Positions 38,716 to 48,179 of a stretch of 64,000 bases of DNA are shown one piece after another. The DNA is from an uncultured Clostridia bacterium (GTDB lineage: Bacteria; Acidobacteriota; Aminicenantia; UBA2199). The stretch's first letter is position 1; every line of letters starts with the position of its first letter. Under the pieces are notes generated by a model, which saw only the letters and a list, made by a program, of their open reading frames with translations, searched no databases and was not told the origin of the DNA. The position numbers and the translations under genes were made by a program. Location: NCBI GenBank assembly GCA_964628035.1, contig CAZVPI010000005.1, positions 83,048 to 147,047 on the forward strand. Reading direction: 5' to 3'.

Positions 38716-39456
38716 CTATTTCTTTTCCTTGCCCTTGTCGGCTTCCTTGCCGGGGGCGGACTTCTGGGCCGCGGCGCCCTTGCCGGCGGCTTCCTTGGCG
38801 GCCTCGCCTTCCTTGGCCTCGCCGGCGGCCGGGGCGGCGCCCTCGGCAGCGGCCTCGGGGGCGGCCTCGGGGGCGGCGACCTCTTCCTTGGCCTTGGCGG
38901 CCACCGAGCAGATGACGGTGTTGGCCGGCGAGATGTACTGGAAGGCGTCGTGCTTGGGCAGGTCGGCCACGCGGACGGCCTGGTTCAGGTGCAGGCCGGA
39001 GATATCCAGGCGGATCTCCTTGGGAATGCTGGTGGGCAGGCTGCGCACCAGCACCTCGCGGTGGATGAACTCCAGCAGCCCGTCCTCGGCCTTGACGCCG
39101 ACGGGCTCGCCCTCGAGCACCACCGGCACCTCGACGTCGACCGGCTTGTTCAGGTCGATGCGGATGAAGTCGACGTGGATGATGCGGTCGGAGAGGTAAT
39201 CGTACTGGATCTCCTTGATCATGGCGTCGAAGGTGGCCTTGTCGCCCTGGACGATGCGCAGGATCGAGTTGTCCTTGTTCTCCGAGCGGAGGATGCCCTT
39301 GACGTCGGCGAGCTGGACGGCGATGGGCACGCTCTCGGCGCTGATGCCGTAGACGACGGCCGGGACCTTGCCGGCGGCGCGCAGGTCCTTGCGGACGCGC
39401 TTGCTTATTTCGCTCCGGGGCTCGGCGTTGATGGTAATGATGTTCTCCATGTTCAC
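38716..39456 (-). CDS. rplY: 50S ribosomal protein L25/CTC
   Basis: VPAVVYG, IIHVDF, CTC-type C-terminal domain with Ala/Glu-rich tail. Confidence 0.93.
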   Translation of the reverse strand: MNMENIITINAEPRSEISKRVRKDLRAAGKVPAVVYGISAESVPIAVQLADVKGILRSENKDNSILRIVQGDKATFDAMIKEIQYDYLSDRIIHVDFIRIDLNKPVDVEVPVVLEGEPVGVKAEDGLLEFIHREVLVRSLPTSIPKEIRLDISGLHLNQAVRVADLPKHDAFQYISPANTVICSVAAKAKEEVAAPEAAPEAAAEGAAPAAGEAKEGEAAKEAAGKGAAAQKSAPGKEADKGKEKK

Positions 39457-39457
39457 C

Positions 39458-40411
39458 TCATTTTATCAGGAAAAGTTTGGATACGGAGGTCTCGCGGTGG
39501 ATGCTCTCGATGGCCTGGGCGAACAGCCGCCCCACCGACAGCACCTTGATCTTGGGGCACTCGCTGCGCGGGCAGCGGCGCGGGATGGTGTCGGTGACGA
39601 AGATCGTCTCCAGCGGCGCGGCGTTGATGCGGGCGATGGCCTGGCCGGAGAAGATGCCGTGGGTGCAGGCGGCGTAGATCTTGCGCGCGCCGCGCTCCTT
39701 CAGGGCGTTGATGGTGGCGCTCAGGGTGCCGGCGGTGTCGATGATGTCGTCGACGATGATGGCGTTCTTGCCGCGCACGTCGCCGATGATGTGCATCAGC
39801 TCGGCCACGTTGGGCTGGGTGCGCTTCTTGTCGGCGATGGCCAGGTCGGCGTTGAGCTTGCGGGCGAAGAGCCGCGCCCGCTCCACGCCGCCGGCGTCGG
39901 GGGCGACGATGACCACGTCCCTCAGGTTCATCTGCTTGAAGTGGGAGATGAACACCGGCAGGGCCATGAGGTTGTCCACCGGGATGTTGAAGAAGCCCTG
40001 GATCTGGGCGGCGTGCAGGTCGATGGTCAGCACGCGGGAGAAGCCCGCCGTCTCCAGCAGGTCGGCCAGGAGGCGCGCCGAGATGGCCACGCGCGGCCGG
40101 TCCTTGCGGTCCTGGCGGGCGTAGGCGTAATAGGTGATGACCGCGGTGATGCGCCGGGCCGAGGCGCGCTTGAAGGCGTCGGCCATCAGCAGCAGCTGCA
40201 TGATGTGGAAGTTGCTGTCGGCGCAGAGCGACTGCACGACGAAGACGTCGGCGCCGCGGACGTTCTCGTGGCTCTGGAAGCGGATCTCGCCGTCGGAAAA
40301 GACGTCGAGCACCGATTTCCCGAGGCGGCTGCGCAGGCGGCCGGCGATCTCGCCGGCCAGCTTCTCGTTCGAGGTGCCGGAAAAGATCAGGAACTTGTTG
40401 CCGTTGATCAT
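39458..40411 (-). CDS. prs: ribose-phosphate pyrophosphokinase
   Basis: FSDGEI, YYAYARQDRK, DLHAAQ, APDAGG, VDDIIDTAGT. Confidence 0.96.
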   Translation of the reverse strand: MINGNKFLIFSGTSNEKLAGEIAGRLRSRLGKSVLDVFSDGEIRFQSHENVRGADVFVVQSLCADSNFHIMQLLLMADAFKRASARRITAVITYYAYARQDRKDRPRVAISARLLADLLETAGFSRVLTIDLHAAQIQGFFNIPVDNLMALPVFISHFKQMNLRDVVIVAPDAGGVERARLFARKLNADLAIADKKRTQPNVAELMHIIGDVRGKNAIIVDDIIDTAGTLSATINALKERGARKIYAACTHGIFSGQAIARINAAPLETIFVTDTIPRRCPRSECPKIKVLSVGRLFAQAIESIHRETSVSKLFLIK

Positions 40412-41328
40412 GTGGTTTTCCTGGGGCGGGAGGATTCGAACCTCCGAATCTCGGCTCCAAAGGCCGATGCCTTACCGCTTGGCCACACCCCAATGCTCTC
40501 CTGGTATTGAATTGGGCCGATGAAGCGGGTGAGCAGCGTACCCGGCAGGCGCCGGGCCAGGGCGGACAGCCGCCTGCCGTGGCCGATGGCGAACACCGCC
40601 GCGCCGCTGCCTGTCATCTGCACGAACCCGCCTCCTGCTTGCGCCATTTTTTCCTTGATTTCCCTGATCCGCGGGAACAATTCAAAGGTAACTCGTTCCA
40701 GATCGTTTCGCAATATGGAGAAGTCGCCCTTTCTCAGGAAGAGTTGTATTTTACTGGGAAAAACGGCATTTGTCAAGCGCAGTCGGGAAAAGACCAGGGC
40801 CGTGGAAACGGCCGCCGCAGGCAGGTGCAGGGCGACAGCGCGCGGGCGCAGTGCGGGCAGCGGGGTCAGCTCGTCCCCGATCCCCTCCCCCAGCGCCGTG
40901 CCGCCGAGAAGGAAGAAGGGGACGTCGGCCCCCAGGACCGCGGCCAGGTCGTGCAGCTGCGCCAGGGGGATGCCCAGCCCGAAGTGGCGGTCCAGGAAGC
41001 GCAGCATCACGGCGGCGTTGCCGCTTCCCCCGCCCAGGCCCGCCCCGGGGGGGATGCGCTTGCGCACGCGCACGGTGAAGCCGCGGCGCAGCCGCCAGTT
41101 CTCGGCGAGCAGCCGGTAGGCGCGGGCCATGGTGTTGCGCCCGTCCCAGGGGACGCGCGGGTCGCTGCCGCTCAGGCGCAGCCGCGCCTGCGCGATCTCG
41201 CGCAGTTCGAGGTCGTCGTGCAGGGCCAGGGTCTGGAAGACGGTGCGCAGGGTGTGGTAGCCGTCCGGGCGGCGGCCGGTGATCTCCAGCCCCAGGTTGA
41301 TCTTGGCGTGGGAGCGGAGCCGGATCAC
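40408..41328 (-). CDS. ispE: 4-diphosphocytidyl-2-C-methyl-D-erythritol kinase; ORF extends through tRNA-Gln
   Basis: AKINLGL, GAGLGGGS, GADVPFF, NDLE, MTGSG; GTG start at 41328, first stop at 40408. Confidence 0.92.
   Translation of the reverse strand: MIRLRSHAKINLGLEITGRRPDGYHTLRTVFQTLALHDDLELREIAQARLRLSGSDPRVPWDGRNTMARAYRLLAENWRLRRGFTVRVRKRIPPGAGLGGGSGNAAVMLRFLDRHFGLGIPLAQLHDLAAVLGADVPFFLLGGTALGEGIGDELTPLPALRPRAVALHLPAAAVSTALVFSRLRLTNAVFPSKIQLFLRKGDFSILRNDLERVTFELFPRIREIKEKMAQAGGGFVQMTGSGAAVFAIGHGRRLSALARRLPGTLLTRFIGPIQYQESIGVWPSGKASAFGAEIRRFESSRPRKTT
40421..40492 (-). tRNA. tRNA-Gln(TTG), CCA not encoded
   Basis: TGGGGTG/CGCCCCA acceptor stem, anticodon loop CTTTGGA, GGTTCGAATCC T-arm. 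Confidence 0.93.
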
Positions 41329-41897
41329 GGGCCCAGGACCTCCTCCAGTTCGGCGGCCCGGTAGCGCCTTTCGTAGTCGACCCAGACGAGCCTTCCAGGC
41401 CTGGCCTCGATCTTGAGGAGGCGCAGGGACAGCTCGGCCTCCCCGCGCCGCAGGCGCACCTGCCGCGGCGCGGCCCCGGTCTCGCCCTCCAGCCAGGCCT
41501 CGATGCCGCTTTCGGCCAGGCGCTGCGGCACCCGCCCCTCCAGCAGCAGCGCTTTCAACTCGGCCAGCGGCAGGCCGATGCCCCACAGCCGTCCGAGCAG
41601 GAGGCTGAAATCGCCTTTCCAGTAGGTCCGGGACGAAAAATTGGCCAGCAGCGCTTCCTCGCCGGCCACGGCCAGCTCCAGGCCTGCCTGGTTGAGCGGG
41701 GTGAAAAAGACGAATTTCGATCGCTCGCCGCCGCAGCGCCAGAAGACCCTGCCGCTCTGGCGCTCCCTCCCCTCGCGGAAGGCGAAACGGGCGCTGATGG
41801 CGCGGAAAGAGGGCTCCTCCCCGGGTTCAAGGACCGGCCTGGCTGTCCGGCAGGAGGCGGCCAGAACGAGAAGGAGCAGAAGGAGGGCTGGCTTCAT
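41325..41897 (-). CDS. LolB-like outer-membrane lipoprotein
   Basis: lipobox LAASC; FTPLNQ and WGIGLPL resemble LolB-family segments; lolB-ispE-tRNA-Gln-prs synteny. Confidence 0.55.
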   Translation of the reverse strand: MKPALLLLLLVLAASCRTARPVLEPGEEPSFRAISARFAFREGRERQSGRVFWRCGGERSKFVFFTPLNQAGLELAVAGEEALLANFSSRTYWKGDFSLLLGRLWGIGLPLAELKALLLEGRVPQRLAESGIEAWLEGETGAAPRQVRLRRGEAELSLRLLKIEARPGRLVWVDYERRYRAAELEEVLGP

Positions 41898-42118
41898 GAC
41901 AAGCGCATTCTAGCACAACCCGACCTGGAAAATAACCGCTGCCCTAGATCTCAGTGATAGAGAAAGATAGGGCGGCAGAGAGGCGGAGCAAGAAAAGATG
42001 ACTGGCTACTGTTCTGATAGAGGTTGTTGCTTTCCCACTCTACCACTTTACCACTTAATCTCTGAATCCCGTTCCCGTTTGGAACTTCCGTCATCCTTGC
42101 GCCTGAAATCTTTGTCAT

Positions 42119-43480
42119 CTAGCTCCGGCGGCGGGCTTTCCACCTCCAGGCAAAATAGACCGGGACGCCGAGCAGGATCAGGGCCAGGCCCAGCGCGGAG
42201 TTGCGGAAATCGTGGACCAGGGAATTGCCGGTCAGGAACAGCGCCGACAGGACGAACAGCAGCGGCGTGACCGGGTAGCCCCAGGTGCGGTAGGGCCGCG
42301 GCGCGTCCGGGCGGCGGCGGCGGAGCACGAACACGCCGGCCACGGTCAGCCCCATGAAGATCCAGAAGCCGAAGATGACGTAGGAATAGAGCTGCTCGAA
42401 GGTGCCGCTCAGGCTGAGCACCGCCGCCCAGGCGCAGAGCAGGACGATCGACGCGTACGGCGTGCGGAAGCGCGGGTGCACCCGGCCCGCCGCCTTGAAG
42501 AACAGGCCGTCCCTGGCCATGGCGTAGAAGACCCGCGAGGAGGTCATGATGTGGCCGTTGGCGGTGCCGGTCATCGACAGCAGGATGATCAGGGCGATGG
42601 CCGCGGCGCCGCCTGGGCCGAAGACCGCGGCCATGACGTCGGCGGCGATGCGCGGCGAGGCGGCCATGCGTCCGGCCGGGAAAACGTACAGGTAGGCCAG
42701 GTTGGCCAGCACGTAGAGGCCGAGGACGGCCAGGGTGCCGATGAACAGCCCCAGGGGGAGCTTCCTCTGGGGATCGCGGATCTCGCCGGCGCTGTAACTT
42801 CCCGTCTCGAAGCCCTTGTAGGCCCAGAGCACGGCCACCAGGGCCAGGCCGAGGCTGCCCGCCAGGCCGCCGTCGCCGCTGCGGCAGGGGGCGGCGGCGC
42901 TGAAATGGGCGGCCGAGCCGTCGGCGAAGAGGAAGATCAGCGTGCAGACGGCGATCAGGGCCGCGAACTTGATCGAGGTCAGGAAATTCATCAGGGCGGC
43001 GCTTTTCCTGACGCCCAGGACGTTCACCAGCGCCAGGGCGGCGATCAGGGCCGCGGCCACGCCCTTCTGCCCGGCCTGCGGCAGGTCGACGAAGAACGGC
43101 AGGTATTTGGAGGAGAAGCCCACCGCCAGGGTGGCGACGGTCCCCGACTCGATGACCAGGAACAGGGTCCAGCCGAAAAGAAAGGCCGGCAGCGGCCCGT
43201 AGGCTTCGCGCAGGTAGACGTAGAGGCCGCCGGCGCGGGTGTGCATGGCGCCCAACTCGGCGACGGCCAGGGCGCCGAAAAAGCACAGCACCCCGCCCAG
43301 GATCCACACGGCCAGCATGAGGGTGGGAGAGCCGAGCTCGCGGGCCACGTTGGCCGGGTTGATGAAGATGCCCGAGCCGATCATGGTGCCGACGACGATG
43401 CCGACGAGGCTGAACAGGCCCAGGACGCGGGGCAGTTCCGGGCTCGCGGCGCCGGTTTCAGAATGACCGTGTTGGTTCAT
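42119..43480 (-). CDS. APC-superfamily amino acid permease (LAT-like)
   Basis: GTMIGSGIF, AELG, GGLYVYL, WAYKG, RVHPRFRTP, RPYRTWGYP. Confidence 0.92.
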   Translation of the reverse strand: MNQHGHSETGAASPELPRVLGLFSLVGIVVGTMIGSGIFINPANVARELGSPTLMLAVWILGGVLCFFGALAVAELGAMHTRAGGLYVYLREAYGPLPAFLFGWTLFLVIESGTVATLAVGFSSKYLPFFVDLPQAGQKGVAAALIAALALVNVLGVRKSAALMNFLTSIKFAALIAVCTLIFLFADGSAAHFSAAAPCRSGDGGLAGSLGLALVAVLWAYKGFETGSYSAGEIRDPQRKLPLGLFIGTLAVLGLYVLANLAYLYVFPAGRMAASPRIAADVMAAVFGPGGAAAIALIILLSMTGTANGHIMTSSRVFYAMARDGLFFKAAGRVHPRFRTPYASIVLLCAWAAVLSLSGTFEQLYSYVIFGFWIFMGLTVAGVFVLRRRRPDAPRPYRTWGYPVTPLLFVLSALFLTGNSLVHDFRNSALGLALILLGVPVYFAWRWKARRRS

Positions 43481-43488
43481 CGAGCTTG

Positions 43489-43517
43489 AAAGTACAACAG
43501 GCCTGGAAGTTTTTCAA
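43489..43517 (-). promoter_or_regulatory. promoter TTGAAA-N17-TACTTT, 8 nt before the permease ATG
   Basis: 17-bp spacer; no SD before the ATG. Confidence 0.5.
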
Positions 43518-43730
43518 TAGCCGCCTGGGCGCCGCGGCATAAAGTGAAAGCGTCCAAGAGAAGGGAAAAGTGAAAGAGACTTGCAGTCAAGAGAGAAAAA
43601 ACTTGCAGATACAATGAAATCAATGAATGCGATCCTGGTCCAACGGATCCCCGTTTTCCTTCTTTCTCACTCTTCAGACTCTTTCACTTTTCACTTGCCT
43701 GTTTCTGTGCTACCATCGGTCTATCTGGGC

Positions 43731-43814
43731 GCCGGAGTGGCGGAACTGGCAGACGCACGGGACTTAAAATCCCGGAAGGGCGACCTTGTGGGGGTTCGAT
43801 CCCCCCCTCCGGCA
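43731..43814 (+). tRNA. tRNA-Leu(TAA), CCA not encoded
   Basis: GCCGGAG/CTCCGGC acceptor stem, anticodon loop CTTAAAA, long variable arm, GGTTCGATCCC. Confidence 0.93.
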
Positions 43815-43957
43815 GTGGCGGAAGCCAATACTCCATGGAAAAGGATACGTGATTAGCAAAGGCCCTGAATCGGGGGGAAAAAGGGGGAAAAACATTTCTT
43901 TCCCTGCGCCTTTGTTCTTTCCCATTGCAAATCACCAATCCCGTGTCGCGTAGTTCG

Positions 43958-43994
43958 GGAAAAAGGGGCGGGGAACGCCCCGCCCCGTTTTTCC
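43958..43994 (-). terminator. bidirectional intrinsic terminator
   Basis: AAAAA-GGGGCGGGG-aacg-CCCCGCCCC-g-TTTTT immediately after the RND stop. Confidence 0.8.
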
Positions 43995-43999
43995 AAGGT

Positions 44000-46900
44000 C
44001 TACTTGGTCTTGATCTTGGCGAAATAGGTGTACAGCACGGGAATGAAGAACGTGGTCAGGACCGTTGAGGCCAGCAGGCCGCCGATGATGGCCACGGCCA
44101 TGGGCGAGTTCATCTCGCCGCCCTCCTTGGTGTTCAGGGCCATGGGGATCATGCCGACGATGGTGGTCAGCGAGGTGATCAGGATGGGGCGCAGCCGGGT
44201 GGCCGCCCCCTTGACCACCGCCTCCAGCCTGTCCATGCCCTCGCCGACGAGCTGGTTGATGTAGTCGACCATGACGATGCCGTTGTTGACGGCGATGCCG
44301 GCCAGGATGATGAAGCCCATGATCGAGCCCATGTTGATGGTCTTGCCGGTGATGGCCAGAAGCACCACCACGCCGATGAAGGCCAGGGGCAGGGTGAACA
44401 TGTTGATGAAGGGGAACTTCAGGTTCTCGTACAGCGAGGCCATGACGGCGAACACGAGAACCAGGGCGATCAGCAGGGCGAAGGCCAGGGTGGTGAAGGT
44501 CTCGGTCATGTTCTCGTACTGGCCGCCGATCTCGATGAAATAGCCCTCGGGCAGCTGCTGGTTGATCCCGTCGGTGCGCTTCCTGATCTCGTTGACGATG
44601 GCGCCGAGGTCGCTGCCCACGAAGTTGGCGCCCACCGTGACCTTGCGCACCATGTTCTCGCGGTCGATGCGCACCGGGCCGAAGAGGTGCTTGATCTCGG
44701 CCACCTCGGAGAGGTACACCTTGGCCCCGGTCGGCGTCTGGATCGGCAGCTTGCGCAGGTCCTCCAGCGAGGAGCGGTCGCTCTCCCTCAGCTGGACGCG
44801 GATCTCGCGGTCCTCGCCCTCGAGGAACATGCGCGAAACGACGGTGCCGATGGTGTAGGTCTGCACCTGGCTGGAGATGGCGTAGGGGGTGAGCCCCAGC
44901 TTGGAGGCCTCCTCCTTCTTGATGTGCAGCTGCAGCTCGGGCTTGCTCTTGTCCAGTGATATGCGGATGTCGCGCAGGCCCTCGATGCCGGCGATGCGCC
45001 CGCGGATGCCTTCGGCGATGCTCTCCAGCCGGCCCATGTCGCGGCCGAAGCAGTTGATCTCGATGGGGCTGGAGGAGGAGCCGAACATGGAGGCGCCGGC
45101 GATGTCGATGGCGGTGATGATGCTGTTTTCCAGGGTGGGGAACGAGCGCCGCCAGCGCTCCAGGATCTGCTTGTCCGACTCGCTTCTCTCGCTGCTGGGC
45201 TTGAGGTAGGCGTAGAGGATGGCCTCGTAGGAGCCGGCGGCGCCGGTGCCCTGGGCCGTGTCGGCGGCGCTCTGCTCGCTGGTGCCCACCTGCACGAAGG
45301 TGGTGATGACGTTGGGGTCCTTGAGCGACTGCTCCTCCAGGTACTTGACGATGCGGTCGGTCTGTTCGATGTTGGTGCCCACCGGCATGGTGAGCTTCAG
45401 GTAGAGCATGGCGTTGTCGGTGGCGGGCATGAACTCCTTGCCCAGGAAGGCCGAGGCGACCAGGCTCAGGACAAAGGCGGCGATGATCCCGATCAGAACC
45501 CTCTTCCTCCTGGCCAGGGCCTTGCGCAGCCAGCCCTCGTAGCGGTCGCGGAAGCGGGTGAAGCGGTCCTCGCCCAGGGCCACCACCCCCTCGGCGATCT
45601 GCTGCCCCTTGCGCCGGCGCAGGCGGAACATCCAGGCGGCCAGCATGGGCACGATGGTCAGGGCCACGAACAGCGAAGCCAGCAGGGCGATGATCACCGA
45701 AACGGCCAGGCTCTGCGCCAGGCGCCCGGCGATGCCGGTGGCGAACATCATGGGGAAGAACACGGAGATGGTGGTCAGCGTCGAGGCGGCGATGGCCATG
45801 CCCACCTCGGAGGTGCCCTTGCGCGCCGCCTCGACGGGGCTCATGCCTTCCTGCAGGTGGCGGTAGATGTTCTCGATGACCACCACGGCGTTGTCGACCA
45901 GCATGCCCACCCCCAAGGCCAGGCCTCCGAGGGTGATCAGGTTGAGGGTGTAGCCCATCATGTAGAAGGCGATGAAGGCGACCACGATCGACAGCGGGAT
46001 GGTGATGCCGATGGCCGTCGTGGGCTTGAGGTTGCGCAGGAAGAGGAAGATGATCAGCATGGCCAGGATGCCGCCCATGAAGATGTTCTTGGTGGCCTTG
46101 CTGGACATGCGCTCGATGATGCGCGACATGTCGAGCCAGAGGTGGAACTTGATCCCTTCCTTGAGGGTCGGCTCGACCTCGGCCAGCACGTTCTTGACCT
46201 GCCGCGCCACCAGGACGGAATTGGCGCCCGAGCTCTTGGTGACCATCATCATGATGCCCGGCTCGCCGTTCATGCGCAGCTTGAGCCGGGTCTCCTTGGG
46301 CGCCTCGCGCACGGCGCCGATATCGCGCAGGAAGATGGGGGCGCCGGAGCGGGAGAGGCCGACCAGGACACCCTCGATCTCGGCGATGGCCTTGAACTCG
46401 CCCATGCTGCGCAGCAGGAACTCCTGGTGGTTCTCGGTCATGTAGCCGGCGGGCAGGTTGATGTTGGAGGCCTGGATGGCCATCTCGACCTGGCCGATGT
46501 TCAGGCCGCGCGACTCGAGCTTGCCCTTGTCGACGCTGACCAGCACTTCGTTGATCTCCGGGGAGAAGACGGCGGCCGAGGCCACGCCCTCGATGCGCTC
46601 CAGGCGCGTGGCCACCTCGTCGTCGATGTAGTCGCGCAGCTGGCTGAGGTTCATGCCCTTGCCGGTCATGCCGTAGGCCAGGATCGGCATCTGCGAGAAA
46701 TTGAACTTCATGACGAAGGGCTTCTGGGCGCCCTTGGGCAGGTACTGGTCATAGAGGCCGATGGTGTCGCGCACGTCCTGGGCGGCGAAGTCGAGGTTGG
46801 TCCCCCACTCGAACTCCACCATGACCACCGACTGCCCCTCGAGCGAAATGGAATTGATCTTTTTGATCTTGGAAACCGTGGAGATCCACTGCTCGACGGG

Positions 46901-47095
46901 GCGGGTGATGTTCTGCTCGATGTCCTCCGAGGAGACGCCGGCGTAGGTGGTGACCACCGTGATCACCGGGTAGTCCAGGTCGGGCAGCATGTCCAGGCCC
47001 AGCTTGGTGAACGAGATCAGGCCCAGGATGACGATGACCAGGACGACCATGGACATCGTCACCCGCTTTTTGAGGGAGAAATCGACGATTTTCAT
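44000..47095 (-). CDS. RND efflux permease (AcrB/AcrD/AcrF family)
   Basis: 1031 aa; LPDLDYP, GMLVDNAVVVIENI, RLRPILITSL. Confidence 0.95.
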   Translation of the reverse strand: MKIVDFSLKKRVTMSMVVLVIVILGLISFTKLGLDMLPDLDYPVITVVTTYAGVSSEDIEQNITRPVEQWISTVSKIKKINSISLEGQSVVMVEFEWGTNLDFAAQDVRDTIGLYDQYLPKGAQKPFVMKFNFSQMPILAYGMTGKGMNLSQLRDYIDDEVATRLERIEGVASAAVFSPEINEVLVSVDKGKLESRGLNIGQVEMAIQASNINLPAGYMTENHQEFLLRSMGEFKAIAEIEGVLVGLSRSGAPIFLRDIGAVREAPKETRLKLRMNGEPGIMMMVTKSSGANSVLVARQVKNVLAEVEPTLKEGIKFHLWLDMSRIIERMSSKATKNIFMGGILAMLIIFLFLRNLKPTTAIGITIPLSIVVAFIAFYMMGYTLNLITLGGLALGVGMLVDNAVVVIENIYRHLQEGMSPVEAARKGTSEVGMAIAASTLTTISVFFPMMFATGIAGRLAQSLAVSVIIALLASLFVALTIVPMLAAWMFRLRRRKGQQIAEGVVALGEDRFTRFRDRYEGWLRKALARRKRVLIGIIAAFVLSLVASAFLGKEFMPATDNAMLYLKLTMPVGTNIEQTDRIVKYLEEQSLKDPNVITTFVQVGTSEQSAADTAQGTGAAGSYEAILYAYLKPSSERSESDKQILERWRRSFPTLENSIITAIDIAGASMFGSSSSPIEINCFGRDMGRLESIAEGIRGRIAGIEGLRDIRISLDKSKPELQLHIKKEEASKLGLTPYAISSQVQTYTIGTVVSRMFLEGEDREIRVQLRESDRSSLEDLRKLPIQTPTGAKVYLSEVAEIKHLFGPVRIDRENMVRKVTVGANFVGSDLGAIVNEIRKRTDGINQQLPEGYFIEIGGQYENMTETFTTLAFALLIALVLVFAVMASLYENLKFPFINMFTLPLAFIGVVVLLAITGKTINMGSIMGFIILAGIAVNNGIVMVDYINQLVGEGMDRLEAVVKGAATRLRPILITSLTTIVGMIPMALNTKEGGEMNSPMAVAIIGGLLASTVLTTFFIPVLYTYFAKIKTK

Positions 47096-47096
47096 C

Positions 47097-48179
47097 TTAC
47101 TTGTCTCCGGCGGCGACGACGGCGGTCCCTTCCTTCAGGTCGTAGTTGCCCTCGACGATGACCTGGTCCTGCGGCCCGACGCCGGCCAGCACCTCGAAGC
47201 GGGTGCCGTTGCGCTCGCCGACGGTCACGGCGCGCTTGCGGGCCGTGCCGTTCTCCACGACCATCACGTCCTTGTCCCCGGCCAGGAGCGCCGTCAGCGG
47301 CAGCAGCAGCGCATCCTCATGACGCAGGTACTCGATGGCGATGTCGGCGTAAACGCCGGCCTTGATCTTGGTCTCGCGGTTGTCGATGCGCACCTCGACC
47401 TTGAAGGTCTTGGACAGGGGGTCGGCGGCCAGGTTCTTGGAATAGACCTCGCCGCGGAAGGTCTCGCCGGGGAGCGAGGAGAGGGTGACCCGGCAGGGCT
47501 GGCCGATGCGGATCCTCTCGATCTCCTCGGCCGGCACGTCGACCGCCACCTTGACCTGGGAGAGGTCCATCAGCGTCAGGATGCTCTGGCCCATGCCCAT
47601 CATGGGGTTGATCATGTCGCCCTCCTCCATGTTCTTGGCGGCGATGACGCCGGCGAAGGGGGCGCGCATGTTCGAGCGGCTCACCATGAAGTCGGCCAGG
47701 TCGAGGTTGGCCTTGGCGCTCTTCAGCTGGGTGTCGGCGGCGTCGAGGGCCAGCTTGGCGTTCTCGTACTGCATGGACGAGACCGCCTTGTTCTCCAGCA
47801 TCGTCCTCATGCGCTCCTCGTTCAGGCGGGCGTTCTGGTAGGCGGTCTCGGCCACGGCCACGGCGGCGCGGGCCTGCTTCTGCTGCAGCTCCAGCGAGGT
47901 CAGGTCCAGGATGGCCAGCAGCTCGCCGGCAACGACCCGGTCGCCCTGCTTCTTCAGGATGCGGCCGACCCGGCCCGAGGTCTCGGGGGCGATGTTGGCC
48001 GTCTTCCAGGCGCTGACCGTGCCCTTGTAATCGAAGGACTTGGCCAGGGTCCCCTTCTGCGGAGCCTGGACCTTGACCTGCAGCGGCAGCTGCCGCGGGG
48101 CGTCGGCATCCTTTTTCCCGGCACAGAAGGACAAGGCCAGCGAGAGAACCAGCAACCATGCAAACGAGATCTTTTTCAT
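47097..48179 (-). CDS. RND periplasmic adaptor (membrane fusion protein)
   Basis: lipoyl GRVGRI...GDRV, hairpin, RAPFAGVI, beta-barrel. Confidence 0.92.
   Translation of the reverse strand: MKKISFAWLLVLSLALSFCAGKKDADAPRQLPLQVKVQAPQKGTLAKSFDYKGTVSAWKTANIAPETSGRVGRILKKQGDRVVAGELLAILDLTSLELQQKQARAAVAVAETAYQNARLNEERMRTMLENKAVSSMQYENAKLALDAADTQLKSAKANLDLADFMVSRSNMRAPFAGVIAAKNMEEGDMINPMMGMGQSILTLMDLSQVKVAVDVPAEEIERIRIGQPCRVTLSSLPGETFRGEVYSKNLAADPLSKTFKVEVRIDNRETKIKAGVYADIAIEYLRHEDALLLPLTALLAGDKDVMVVENGTARKRAVTVGERNGTRFEVLAGVGPQDQVIVEGNYDLKEGTAVVAAGDK

Noticed and set aside
43731-43960. tRNA-Leu as an integration site for a genomic island
   Set aside because: No integrase and no duplicated tRNA 3' end in the window; the 10-bp AGTGGCGGAA repeat (43736-43745 and 43814-43823) is too short and matches the D-arm, not an att core.
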